64,000 nucleotides of DNA from Octopus sinensis (lineage: Eukaryota): NCBI RefSeq assembly GCF_006345805.1, contig NC_042998.1:85870001-85934000 (forward strand). Reading direction: 5' to 3'. The position numbers and the translations under genes are program-made. This document shows positions 38,651-50,095 of the stretch, one piece after another. The notes under the pieces were generated by a model that was not told the origin of the DNA, made no database searches, and was given only the letters and a program-made list of their open reading frames with translations. Position 1 is the stretch's first letter. Each line of letters opens with the position of its first letter.

Positions 38651-40029
38651 TGTCTGTTAACTTCATTCCAAAAATGGAGCCTTGTATCTTTGTTGAAACC
38701 AGCTCCCGCCTCAGTGGAAGATTTATAATAATTAAAAAATAGAAGAGACATAAATACATGCATACATACATTACATACCTGTATACATACTACACACATA
38801 TATACATGTACATTTATTCATACACACACATATGTATACATATATCAATTATTTAATAACAGTTTGATTCAGTTCCATATGACTTAATGTTCCATGGGCT
38901 CATAGGACGAATCCATCTCATTGAGTATCTAAAGAAGAGCAATAGGATTTGAGACAAATTTACGATGGCTTCTAGATTCTAGGTTTCTATTATTCAGCTC
39001 AGGTCATGAGGTGTTATTGCTGTGGAAGTGATATCACCTTTTTCTTTTTCCTTAGGCCTATGTGCTCAACAGATGTTGGCAAGGAGCTACACCACTAAGA
39101 CAGTATACTGCAGTAAAATATTTGGAGGGATGTCAGTTCATTGCATTTGATGCTACACATGGCAAGATGGGGGTGTTGTCATGAGTTCAGTAGCTTGGTG
39201 GTCATTCAGTGGAGTATCTATACATACAAATTTGACATGGGCAATTCTTTCTTGTCTTGGGATTCACAGTCAAACAGTTGGGTGGAATTGCACGAAAAAT
39301 TACACAAACATGTAGAATGATCCAGTGGTAATGCTGGGCTTTGTATTTTTTCCATAGCTCCCATGGTTACCGAGATAATCCACTAATAATACACTTGTGT
39401 TTATGAATGAAAAAGAAGGGGTGATAGATGAATAAGGAAGGAAGGGGTGATGTCATACTTGGTAGTGGGATGATGAAAATTGCATGCTGAAAAAATAAAT
39501 CAAGCAACGCTTCAACTCTGTGTGAATATGTGCGTATGTAAAAGGGGGGTATGTGAATGGGTGTGTGTGTGCGTGTGTGTGTATTTGTGTGTGCGTGTGC
39601 ACGTGCAATGGAAGTGGGATAGTTCATTTTTGTTCACTTAGTATTTGGGTTTTTAGATTTGGTTGAATCTTCGTTGGGTTTTTTTTGTTGGTCAGTTATT
39701 CTTAGTGTTTTGACAGAAAAAAGTCATTCTAAAATTGTTTTTTAACATAAGCGTACCCAAACAAGTCAAATGCTTTCACAGAGCAGGTTTTACAGCCACA
39801 TCATCCAAACCTACTGGGTGAAACCGGACTTAGCTGTTAGTTGATATATAAATGGTGGCAGTCGTTACACCAGATTTGATGGTGCTAGGTTAAAAGTTGA
39901 AGCTGGATAATCAGCATGGGTTGGACTGTAGTCTACTGGCAGTATAGCTTAATACTCCCTGTTGTGTGTGGGCAATCAGGCCTAGAGTGATATATCTGGA
40001 TTACCAGCTGCCAGTGATTTGAAATTCAT

Positions 40030-40290
40030 AAATCCTTAGTGACAATGAGATAGTTCATTTTTCCTATTGATGGATATAGCAGGTTAGTAGAGTATGTATA
40101 GTTTCTCACATAGACAGAGTTGACAATTGCAAGTTCTGGGTGAGTAAGATGGGGCTTTGTCAATGATACTACATTTGATGCTGAGCAAATCACTCTGATG
40201 GGCTTGGAGTTTCTGAATGAAGCAAGACAGGGAGGTAGAGTTTTCCTTATCCTTGCACCTGAAGGAGTGCATAAATTGTGCATAATTTAT
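40030..40290 (-). mobile_element. Penelope-like GIY-YIG C-terminal remnant
   Basis: TSLSCFIQKL..LSIKCSIIDKAPSYSPRTCNCQLCLCEKLYIL..NRKNEL..CH. Confidence 0.75.
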
Positions 40291-40609
40291 TGGTGGTCAT
40301 GCCCATGTAGTGTCTTGTGATACTAATACCATTTCAGTAACAATCATGAATCTATAAACTCATGTAATTAGTAATAAATACAAATTATACAACAAAATAA
40401 TCACTAACATTCATTATATAACAATTATTAATGGATGGTTAACATTTGTTATTGTAATCACACAATGTGAATAATAACAAAAGATTGTAATTATACAAGA
40501 TCTCTATCTTTGTTGTTAGTCTCTCATTTTCTTACACACTCTCTCTCCCTCTTTGTCTCTTTCTCTCTCTCTCTCTCTCATACACACACACACACACACA
40601 CTATATATA

Positions 40610-41250
40610 TATCATCATCATCATCATTTAGTATCCGCTTTCCATGCTGGCATGGTTTGGATGGTTTGACCAGGGCTGGTAAGCTGAGGGGCTGCACCAA
40701 ACTCCAGTCTGATTTGGCATGGTTTCTATGGCTGGATGCTCTTACTAATGCCAACCACTCTGAGAATGTAATGGGTGCTTTTACATGCCACTGACATGGG
40801 TGCCACATTCATGATTGCCACGACCATGATTTCACTTAACTTGATGGGTCTTCTCAAGCATAACATATTGCCAATGGTCTCAGTCATTTGTCATTGCCTC
40901 TGTGAGGCCCAGTACCTGAAAGGTGCTTTTTATGTGCCATTGACATGGGTGTTAGTTATGCGACATTGGCATTGGCCACATTGCTTCTGTGAGGCCCAAC
41001 ACTTGAAAGGTGCCCTTTACATGCCACTAGCGTGGGTGCCAATTACATAACACCAAAAATGGCTATAACTATGATTCCACTTGGTTTGATGGGTCTCTCA
41101 ATGATGGCCTATCACCAAAGGTCTCAGTCACTAGTTATTACCTCTGTGAGGCCCAACATCGAAGATCATGCTTCAGTACCTCATCCCATGTCTTCTTGGG
41201 TCTCCCTCTTCCACAGCTTCCCTCCATTGGTAGAGATCAGCATTTTTTCA
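40610..41250 (-). mobile_element. RTE LINE 3' end with UTR repeats
   Basis: (GAT)n tail at ~40612; RPKKTW-like reverse complement near 41180-41220. Confidence 0.7.
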
Positions 41251-41669
41251 CACAGCTATCCACATCCATATATATATAAATGTAAGATCCAAGGATTGAG
41301 GTGTAGGAAGAAGATGAACATCAAGCAATCCATCGAAAATATAAGAAACAACCTTCAGGAACAATAGTGGTTTATCAGGGCAGAAAGTTGTGGATTATGT
41401 GAATAAAAATACGAGCTAAGAAATGGAGTAGAAAAAATGCAAGCTACATATGTTTCATAGCAAGTGGAACCTCAGAAGTGGTAAATATTCAAGCAAGGTG
41501 TATACCACAGGCTACTCTTCAGGCCAAGGGTATCTTGATTAAATGAAGCTTACATTGTCATTAGGAGGCACATGTTAACACATGGAAGAGTTGATATATG
41601 TGTGTATACAGTCAACTTCCAAATATACCATCTTCAAACTCACAAGCAAAAACACTCTTCTGTACCAGT

Positions 41670-41860
41670 CTTAATATTCAGAGCTTCTCATGTATTCAAC
41701 TGCTTACCCAAAGAGATTAGAAATATAAAAGGGACTTCTATTGAAACTTTCAAAAGAAACATTGGTTGAACTCTTAATGATGATACAAGACAAACCAACC
41801 ATTCAAGGATACACTCAGTGAACATGAGCAACTACAAACTCGATCATCGACTAACTTTCA
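41670..41860 (+). mobile_element. CR1/L2-group LINE C-terminal remnant
   Basis: ASHVFNCLPKEIRNIKGTSIETFKRNI..IQDKPTIQGY..NSIID*. Confidence 0.65.
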
Positions 41861-42040
41861 ATCATAAAGAGACAACAAAACTAAAATAAAAAAATTAAGG
41901 CGGTGCTCTAGCATGGCTGCAGTCCGGTGACTGAAACCATTAAAAGAATAAAAGAATATATGAATATATATATACACACACACACAACCATACACACACA
42001 CATGCACTCACACACACACATATATACATAACACACACAC

Positions 42041-42200
<160 letters not shown>

Positions 42201-42904
42201 GATATAAATATATCTGTGTGTGTCATAATAAAAAAGATAGAAACTTTATGCACTATCACATATGCATTGTTATACTTTTTGCATCAAAGAAACTAAAAGC
42301 TTTTAGTATGTATATGTATATACACAAATATATTCCCATACAACCATGTACATTTTTCTTTTATTTTTTCATCATTTTTAGTCATTTACACTCAAGCTTC
42401 AAGCTTAGCAGGCTTTCAGCAATTAATAATGAAGAACTAAGAGTAATGTCTCACATATATTAGATTGGCCAGCAGTAGCCAATATTTCAGCAACTATTTT
42501 TCTTATAATGACAATTATGTGCTTCTATAATTCACCCTAATTATGAAATTAATATTCACATGGTCTCTAAAGGCAACCACCTTGTTGAAGTAACAAGCTG
42601 ACTGGCTTGTTTAATCAACAACTGAGAAGATAAGAAATAGAAAATATAAGATAGAGAGAGGAAGACAGAAATTTCTTTCAGTAGCTGACAATTTTGTTGA
42701 ACAGGTAGCTGATACATGGTTGTTCAACATGTTGAAAATAGCTGCCAAAACTTTCATAAATCACCTTACAACCTAGCATTTTAAATACAGTTTATATTAG
42801 TCCCACATATACAAATAGATGGTATACACACACACACACACACACATCTTTTTACTTTTTGTCTTTTATCTTTTATTTGCTTTTTATAGACTGCCATCAT
42901 GCTG

Positions 42905-43499
42905 GAGCAGTCTAGAATGAATCGACTCCAGTACCCATTTTTTTACTTGGTACTTGTTCTATCAGTCTCTATCACTGAACCACTTGGCTACAAAGATGTA
43001 AATACACCAAAACCAGTTGTCAAGCAGTGGTTGGGGACAAACACAGTCACAAAGACACACACACACACACATGAAAGCTTCTTTCAGTTTCTTTCTACCA
43101 AATCCATTTGCAAGGCTTTGGTTGGCCCAAGGCTATAGCAGGCTCCAGTTGTGTCACTTTATGTACATTTTCCATTCACTAGTCAGCAAGTGGGGAAGCC
43201 CATGTCATCAATACAAATTTTCTCTCATGTGAGCACAACTAAAAACTTCACTTTTTGGATCAAGTGAATTTTTTAGGATCCTTGTCTTCTCAGCCAAGCA
43301 AGGTTTGCATCATCGCCTTCTGTTCAGGCTGTTCTAGGAGCTTCCATTTAATCCTGTCTGGCGTTCCCTCTTTTAAATGCCATATGTTGTTGGCTAAAGA
43401 CATAATGTTGCATTTCTCTGGGACCCTAAAAGAAGACCTGTGTATGTACACACACACGTGCATGCATACACACACACACACACGCACACGTACACACAT

Positions 43500-43546
<47 letters not shown>

Positions 43547-44102
43547 TACATATGTGTGTGTATATGACGATTATAATGATTAAAATTAAGTTTCTACTAT
43601 CATTTACTAGTATCAATTTAAAAATCCATGTAAAACTGCTAAGCATTGATAGACGGTGGAAGGTATATGATACTCTTATATGAAAGAATAAATAACTGAG
43701 AGAAACAAATGCAGATACTGAACAGTTTATTGTTAATGAATATTTTATTTTCTGTTTCGTTTATTCATTCCAACCAGCAATAAATATTTACAAAACAAAG
43801 ATGTTTCTATTTCATGTGTTACCTATGCTCTATTTCAGAACTTTGGATATAATATGTGATTAGGATAGTATAAAAGATGCCCTGCTATAGCCTTGGACCA
43901 ACCAAAGCCTTGCAAATAGATTTGTTAGACAGAAACTGAAAGGAGCTTTCATGTGTGTGTGTGTGTCTTTGTGACTGTGTTTGTCCCCAACCATTGCTTG
44001 ACAACTGGTTTTGGTGTGTTTACATTCTTGTAGCCAAGTGGTTCAGTGATGGAGACTGATAGAACAAACACCAGGTAAAAAAAATAAATACTGGAGTCGA
44101 TT
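42905..44102. repeat. Inverted pair of 5'-truncated CORE-type SINE copies (42905-43142 on -, 43879-44102 on +)
   Basis: Reverse-complement match; both are truncated at CCTGCTATAGCC. Confidence 0.85.
43205..43440 (-). mobile_element. Penelope-like GIY-YIG C-terminal remnant
   Basis: HRSSFRVPEKCNIMSLANNIWHLKEG..IKWKLLE. Confidence 0.65.
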
Positions 44103-44105
44103 ATA

Positions 44106-44275
44106 GGCGTAGGAGTGGCTGTGTGGTAAGTAGCTTGCTTCCCAACCGCATAGTTCCGGGTTCAGTCCCACTGCATGGCACCTTGGGCATGTGTCTTCTA
44201 CTATAGCCTCGGGCTGACTAAAGCCTTGTGAGTGGATTTGGTAGACATAAACTGAAAAAGCCCATTGTATATACG

Positions 44276-44340
<65 letters not shown>

Positions 44341-44444
44341 GTGTGTGTATATGTTTGTGTGTCTGTGTTTGTCCCCCCCAACATCGCTTGACAACCGATG
44401 CTGGTGTGTTTACGTCCCTGTAACTTAGCAGTTCAGCAAAAGAG
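44106..44444 (+). mobile_element. Young CORE-type SINE, 3'-truncated
   Basis: GGCGTAGGAGTGGCTGTGTGG head, GGTTCAGTCCC B box. Confidence 0.88.
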
Positions 44445-44479
44445 CTTATTTTAAATACATGTGTGTGTGTGTGTATATA

Positions 44480-44672
44480 TATCATAACGGTGGCATGTAA
44501 AAAGCACCTACTCTTGGAGTGGTTGGTGTTAGGAAGGACATCCCGCTGTAGAAACATTGCCAGATCAGATTGAAGCCTGGAGCATCCTTCTGGCTCGCTA
44601 ACCCTCAGTCAAACTATCCAACCCATGCCAGCATGGAAGGCAGATGTTAAACAACAACAACAACGATGATGA

Positions 44673-44709
<37 letters not shown>

Positions 44710-44758
44710 GTATGTATATATATATATCTATCTATATATATCTCTATATATATATATA

Positions 44759-44798
<40 letters not shown>

Positions 44799-45124
44799 GT
44801 ATGTATATATCTATATATCTATATCATCATCATCATCGTTTAACGTCCGCTTTCCATGCTAGCATGGGTTGGACGGTTCAACTGGGGTCTGGGAAGCCCG
44901 AAGGCTGCACCAGGCCAGTCAGATCTGGCAGTGCTTCTACAGCTGGATGCCCTTCCTAACACCAACCATTCCGTGAGTGTAGTGGGTGCTTTTTACATGC
45001 CACCGACACAGGTGCCAGACGAGGCTGGTGAACGGCCATGCTCGGATGGTGTTATTTACGTGCCACCGGCATTGAGGCCAGGCGAGGCTGGCAACAGCCA
45101 CGATCGGATGGTGTTTGTTACATG

Positions 45125-45130
<6 letters not shown>
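44480..45130. mobile_element. Tail-to-tail pair of RTE-tailed elements (44480-44680 on +, 44820-45130 on -) around (TA)n
   Basis: Both carry the GGAAGG(G/A)CATCC..CTGTAGAA..CCATGC(C/T)AGCATGGAA tail in opposite orientation. Confidence 0.8.
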
Positions 45131-45164
<34 letters not shown>

Positions 45165-45182
45165 TTATGTACATATGTACAT

Positions 45183-45578
45183 GAAGTTAGATAAGCCTCA
45201 TTAAGTGATAGTAATATCCAATGAATTATCTAGTATTTGTTGTGAATATTAATTATAATATTCATGAATAATAGGTAATTAGATAAACCAAGATTTATAT
45301 TTATTCAAGAAAAATAAGAAAATGGAGATAAATCAATTAATAAAAATATCTATTAACTGTAAAAATAAACATAATCTCATAATATTTATTTTTGAAGTTA
45401 ATAAATATATTTATCGATTTATCTCCATTTTCTTATTTTTCTTGAATAAATATAAACCTTAGTTTATCTAATTACCTATTATTCATGAATATTATAATTA
45501 ATATTCATAACAAATATTAGGTAATGAAGCAGTAATTCATTGGATATTACTATCCCTTAATGAGGCTTATCTAACCTC
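45183..45578. repeat. AT-rich foldback (MITE-like), ~170-bp arms
   Basis: TTAGATAAGCCTCATTAAG... at 45187 pairs with ...CTTAATGAGGCTTATCTAA ending at 45574; ~11-bp indel in the right arm; ~45-nt loop. Confidence 0.9.
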
Positions 45579-45597
45579 TAATTGAACTTATACATAC

Positions 45598-45648
<51 letters not shown>

Positions 45649-45658
45649 TGTATATATG

Positions 45659-45714
<56 letters not shown>

Positions 45715-46219
45715 AATGGAGCAAAAACGCAATAGAGGGCATCAGAACGTTTGGACAGATAGACGATACAAAAGCAGACAAGAAAAACAACAATTAGAAG
45801 GACACATTCTTTGCTTTCTTTCATCAGTCAAGTCCCAGAAGTCACAACCATTTCGGGCAGTTACACTTGAGATAGTTCAATCTGGTTGCCCCCCAAAATG
45901 TCTAATTTAAGATCAAGGCTGGTGTTTTTAGTGGACCAGAAATTTGCACACTGCCACCTCTTCTTCTTGTTCTTGCTGTTATTGTTATTGTTGTTGCTGC
46001 TGCTGCTGCTGCTGTTGTTGTTGTTGTTGTTATTGTTCTTCTTCTTCTTCTTCTTCTTCTTCTTCTTCTTCTTCTTCTTCTTTTTCTTCTCCTTCTTCAT
46101 AATCAATATTATTATCATTATTATTATTATTATTATTATGATTATTATTATTATTATTATCATTATTATTACTATTATTATTATCATTATTATTACTTTT
46201 TTTTCTTCTTTCAAATTTG

Positions 46220-47636
46220 CTATCATTTCTTGCCGAGTGTCTTCCCGACTCCTAGGGCAAAGAAACTCATAGTATACATTGGTAGGCCATTAAACCAAAC
46301 TCAGTAGTTCGTTAATTTAAAAAATTTTTTTTTTTAAAGTTAAATTAAAATACATGAGCAGCAACAGTTCTCACATCGACAATGCTCTTCTCAATACGTG
46401 TGATGTACCAGTTAAGACAATCTTTTGCACTTCTTGCAGGGATGGTAAGCCAGGGATCATTCTCATATAATTTTCGGTTCCCTTCTTGATCATTCCTAGT
46501 GCTCCTACGATCACTGGTATTGTAACCGCCTTGAGATGCCACATTTTCTCAATTTCAATGAGTAGGTCTTTATATTTTCTGAGCTTGTCAAACTCTTTCG
46601 CTGAGATATTATGATCACAGGGGATGCTCATGTCAATCAATAAGCAAACTTTATTGTTTTGGTCTTTCACAACAATATCTGGTTTATTGGCCTTGATGGT
46701 TCGGTCTGTATGTACTGGAAAGTCCCACAGAATGGTTACATTTTCTCCTTCAGTTACAGCCTCAGGGTGGTGATTATACCACTTGTCGGCAGTTTTGATA
46801 TTGTAATGCCGACTTATTAGCCAGTGGAGATATTGGCCAACTCTGTCATGTCTTAATTTATACTCCACTGGTACTAAGACTTTACATCCAGAGATTAGGT
46901 GGTCCACTGTTTCAATCATGTCGTTGCAGAATCGGCATTTTGGGTCTGCTCCATTTTTCATCACATTGGCCTGGTAGTTCCGAGTTAATAGGCTTTGATC
47001 TTGAGCAGCCAGGATGAAACCTTCGCTCTCTGCTTTTAGCCCTGAGCTCCGTAGCCACTGATGGGTTTGCTTCTGGTCAACATCAGCTTGTTTGCTGCGG
47101 GTCACATATTTGCCGTGCAGAGGTTTCTCCTCCCACCTATCAGCCAATTGCTCATGCGCTTTTTTCATTGCCATCATTTTCACCTTCTTTGCAACAATAG
47201 TTGCCGTACTTCCCTCGGGTTGTTCAGTTTGGGTATCCTGCACGAGATCAATAGCAAATTTTTTGCTTTCCTTTATGATAGAATGAAGCTTCTTTCGTCT
47301 CTCGTGATTTTCCACGAGCTTTAGCATCCAGTCATTCGATATTTCGAGATATTTGGCCAGTCCAATTGTGGTTGTTTTGTAAGCTAGTTCAAATTGGATC
47401 AGGCCTCGACCTCCTTGGGCTCTGGGAAGGTAAAGGCGATCTACGTCTGCCTTTGGGTGGTGCATCCTATTACAACTCAGCAGCTTGCGTATTTTCCTAT
47501 CTATATTCTTTACTTCACTCATATTCCAGTTCAACACATTATAGCTATAAGTAACAACTGGAACTGCTAAGGAATCAACACATTGTAGCTATAAGTAACA
47601 ACTGGAACTGCTAAGGAATTACAACTGGAACTGCTA

Positions 47637-47640
<4 letters not shown>
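46220..47640 (-). mobile_element. Young 5'-truncated R4/Dong-type LINE with an intact 388-codon C-terminal ORF
   Basis: ORF 46371-47537: HHPKADVDRLY, WLRSSGLKAESEGFILAAQDQ, CRFCND..DHLISGC, RHD, ANKPDIVVKD..IDMSIP..EFDK; AAT-type tracts on both sides. Confidence 0.95.
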
Positions 47641-47713
<73 letters not shown>

Positions 47714-47715
47714 AT

Positions 47716-48150
47716 TAAGGCAGCAAACTGGTTAGACCACTAGCATAATGGATAAAATGCATAATGGTATTTCTTCTGGCTCCTTGCATTCTGATTTCAA
47801 ATTCCATCTAGGTTGACTTTATTTTCCATCCTTTTGGCTTAATAAGTACCTGTTGAACACTACAATTGATGTAATTAATTAGTCTCTCCTCCTAAAAGTC
47901 TTGGCTTTGTACCAAAATCTGAAACCAAGAATAGTGTGCTGGTAGAATTGTTTAAGTGTTGAACAAAATACTTCACAGTAGTTCTAGCTCTTTACTTTCT
48001 GAGTTCAAGTGCTGCTGAAGTTGACTTTACCTCTCATTCTTTTGATGTCAACAAAATAAAGTATAGGTTGAGCACTGAAGTAGAGGTATTCGACATCCCT
48101 CTCCCTTCAAAATTGTTGGTCTTGTGCCAAATCTGGGGAGAATTATTAAT
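47716..48150 (+). mobile_element. Two tandem decayed Meta-domain-like SINEs
   Basis: Each has ..TCTGA(T/G)TTCAA.., GTTGACTTTA.., CATCCTTTT/CATTCTTTT, AAGTA..GTTGA(A/G)CACT. Confidence 0.6.
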
Positions 48151-48419
48151 CCTGATTAAATTTGTAAACAGAATTAATAGCCACATTTTTAATTGACGGA
48201 CATATATTTACCTTCACTGTGGCAATATAGACTCTCATGATTAGACTACAGGGCTTAGGCCAACCAGACTTTAATGAAACCCTATTTAGAACTTACTTCC
48301 TTCTGCCTGGTTGCTGTGAGACAAATGTGTACTACTAAACTACTTTATAAAAAATGTAAACACAATAATGTCGGGGTTGACCTCATTTACACTGAACAAT
48401 AAAGTTAGTCATTTACTGA

Positions 48420-49400
48420 TTACAATGGAGAAAATGAATTTTTAGAGACATTTTTACCCCAAGTTGTTTATAAGCTTCAAAAAAATCATTCACAATTGCA
48501 AAGTACTGTAAATCCTCGAGTATAATCTGCATTTTTTCCCCAAAATTTAAAGGTCAAAATCCCTAGTGCGTACTATATACAAGGTTAAAAATGAAAATTA
48601 TTTTCTAAGCAATGTCTGAATCTCTATTTGTTGTCCGGCTATGTTTATTCAGATGCATTTTGTGATGTCGGGCACGAAAATACCTTAAGCTAAGCCTGAA
48701 AGCAATGAAGTCATAAAATAATCATCCATAATTTGCAGTAAGCAGCATTTATTAAATGTTATTACTGTTATTACTGTTATTTCTTTATTTTATGCAAACA
48801 AAGTACACAAAAAAGCTACACGTTTGCATTATGTTATATGTACAATAATAATAAAGGACGTTACCGTATACAGTTTTACAAACCAAGGACGTTATATAGA
48901 TCTCCTTGACTCAAGTTAGAGAAGGGATGTGTATTATACACAAGGTTTAGGTTTTTCAGAGGTACAGCCCCATAAAAATCCCCTGTGTATTATACTCAAT
49001 TTTTTTTACAGAGAAACAAACTTTTCCCAAGCAGTTTTCTCTGCTGGGCTTAATTTTTCTTGTAAAAGCTCATCACAAATTAGTGTGCGAATTTCTGGTC
49101 CACTAAAAACACCAGCTTTGATCTTAGCTTCCCTCTTGCTAGAAACAAATTTTTCACTGAGATATTTGAATTCTCCATCATCTTCATTCATGGCCTTAAC
49201 AAAATTCTTAAACAAGCCAAGTTTAATGTGTCTAAGAGAAAGGTAAATTTTCTGAGGGTCAACTAAAGGGATATATTTAACATTGTATCTCCCTGGAGTG
49301 AAATCACATCTCTTTAGCCACTCTTTATGGTCATAGTGATGCTTGTCGTCTCTGCTGTTCCAAAGGCACAAAAAGCACTGATGCTTTGTACACCCCACTT
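48420..49400 (-). mobile_element. Chapaev3-like (CMC-related) transposase remnant, split by a MITE
   Basis: GCTKHQCFLCLWNSRD...LRHIKLGLFKNFVKAM...EAKIKAGVFSGPEIR...AWEKF (49010-49398) resumes as YFAIVNDFFEAYKQLGVKMSLKIHFLH (48425-48505); family assignment is from memory of the LHIKLGLMK and MSLKIHFLH motifs. Confidence 0.7.
48504..49011. mobile_element. pogo/Tigger-type MITE (~505 bp)
   Basis: Left TA-CTGTAAATCCTCGAGTATAAT; degenerate right ATTATACTCAATTTTTTTTACAG; subterminal GT(G)CGTA(C/T)TATA-type repeats. Confidence 0.7.
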
Positions 49401-49404
49401 ACTT

Positions 49405-49800
49405 ATTGATCTGTCATACCCATTTGATTCCAGGCTCGTAAAGAAAGAGGAAGGAAAACAAAAAAATACAATTCCTTAAAATTTGAACTAAGAAGAATTT
49501 GGGGCATGCAAACAGTAAAGGTTGTGCCTATAATAATTGGTATTTCGGGAATAGTAAACAAAGATATAAACAAATGTTTGAAGGAGATTGAAATAGAATG
49601 CCCAATAGAGCTCTTACAGAAAGTTTGTCTTTTATGGATGGCAAAGATTATTAGGAGGGTTCTAAGCACTTGAAAGACTGTTAAAAACTTGTGGATACCT
49701 AAGGTTATAGGTACGTTGTAACCTGCTACCCACATAAATTCCACTAAGAATAAGACCAAACCTGAGCTAAGCCAAAATAACAACAACAACAACAACAATA
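49405..49800 (+). mobile_element. R4-type LINE 3' end (same family as 32241-33970)
   Basis: ..PFDSRLVKKEEGK..KY..LKFELRRIWGMQTVKVVPIIIG; shared 3' UTR. Confidence 0.8.
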
Positions 49801-50095
49801 ACAATAATAATAAACGCTCTGATGCAGTACCAGGCACTGGCCATCATATCTTCTGATCTCAACTGATTGAAAGTATTATTATGTACATGCTTTGTCTTGG
49901 TATAAAAGATGGGCCACAGCAAATATTCTGCTCAATACTATAGATTTACTTGTTATTTGTTTGACCTTAACCTGTTGAGCATGTCTCTTGGTGGCTGACA
50001 ATAAGTGCATCTCTGATCATGAGCAGGAGTAGTGGGGGGGGTGAATCATAGCCATGTGTTGAGATGAACTCTTTGGGGTTTAAATAATTCACCTC

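Noticed and set aside
39040-39190. Plus-strand strong acceptor followed by 42 open codons
   Set aside because: No good donor; the opposite strand looks like decayed LINE RT sequence
47540-47640. Short direct repeats as a CRISPR-like array
   Set aside because: Tandem duplication of LINE sequence with no unique spacers, in a eukaryotic context
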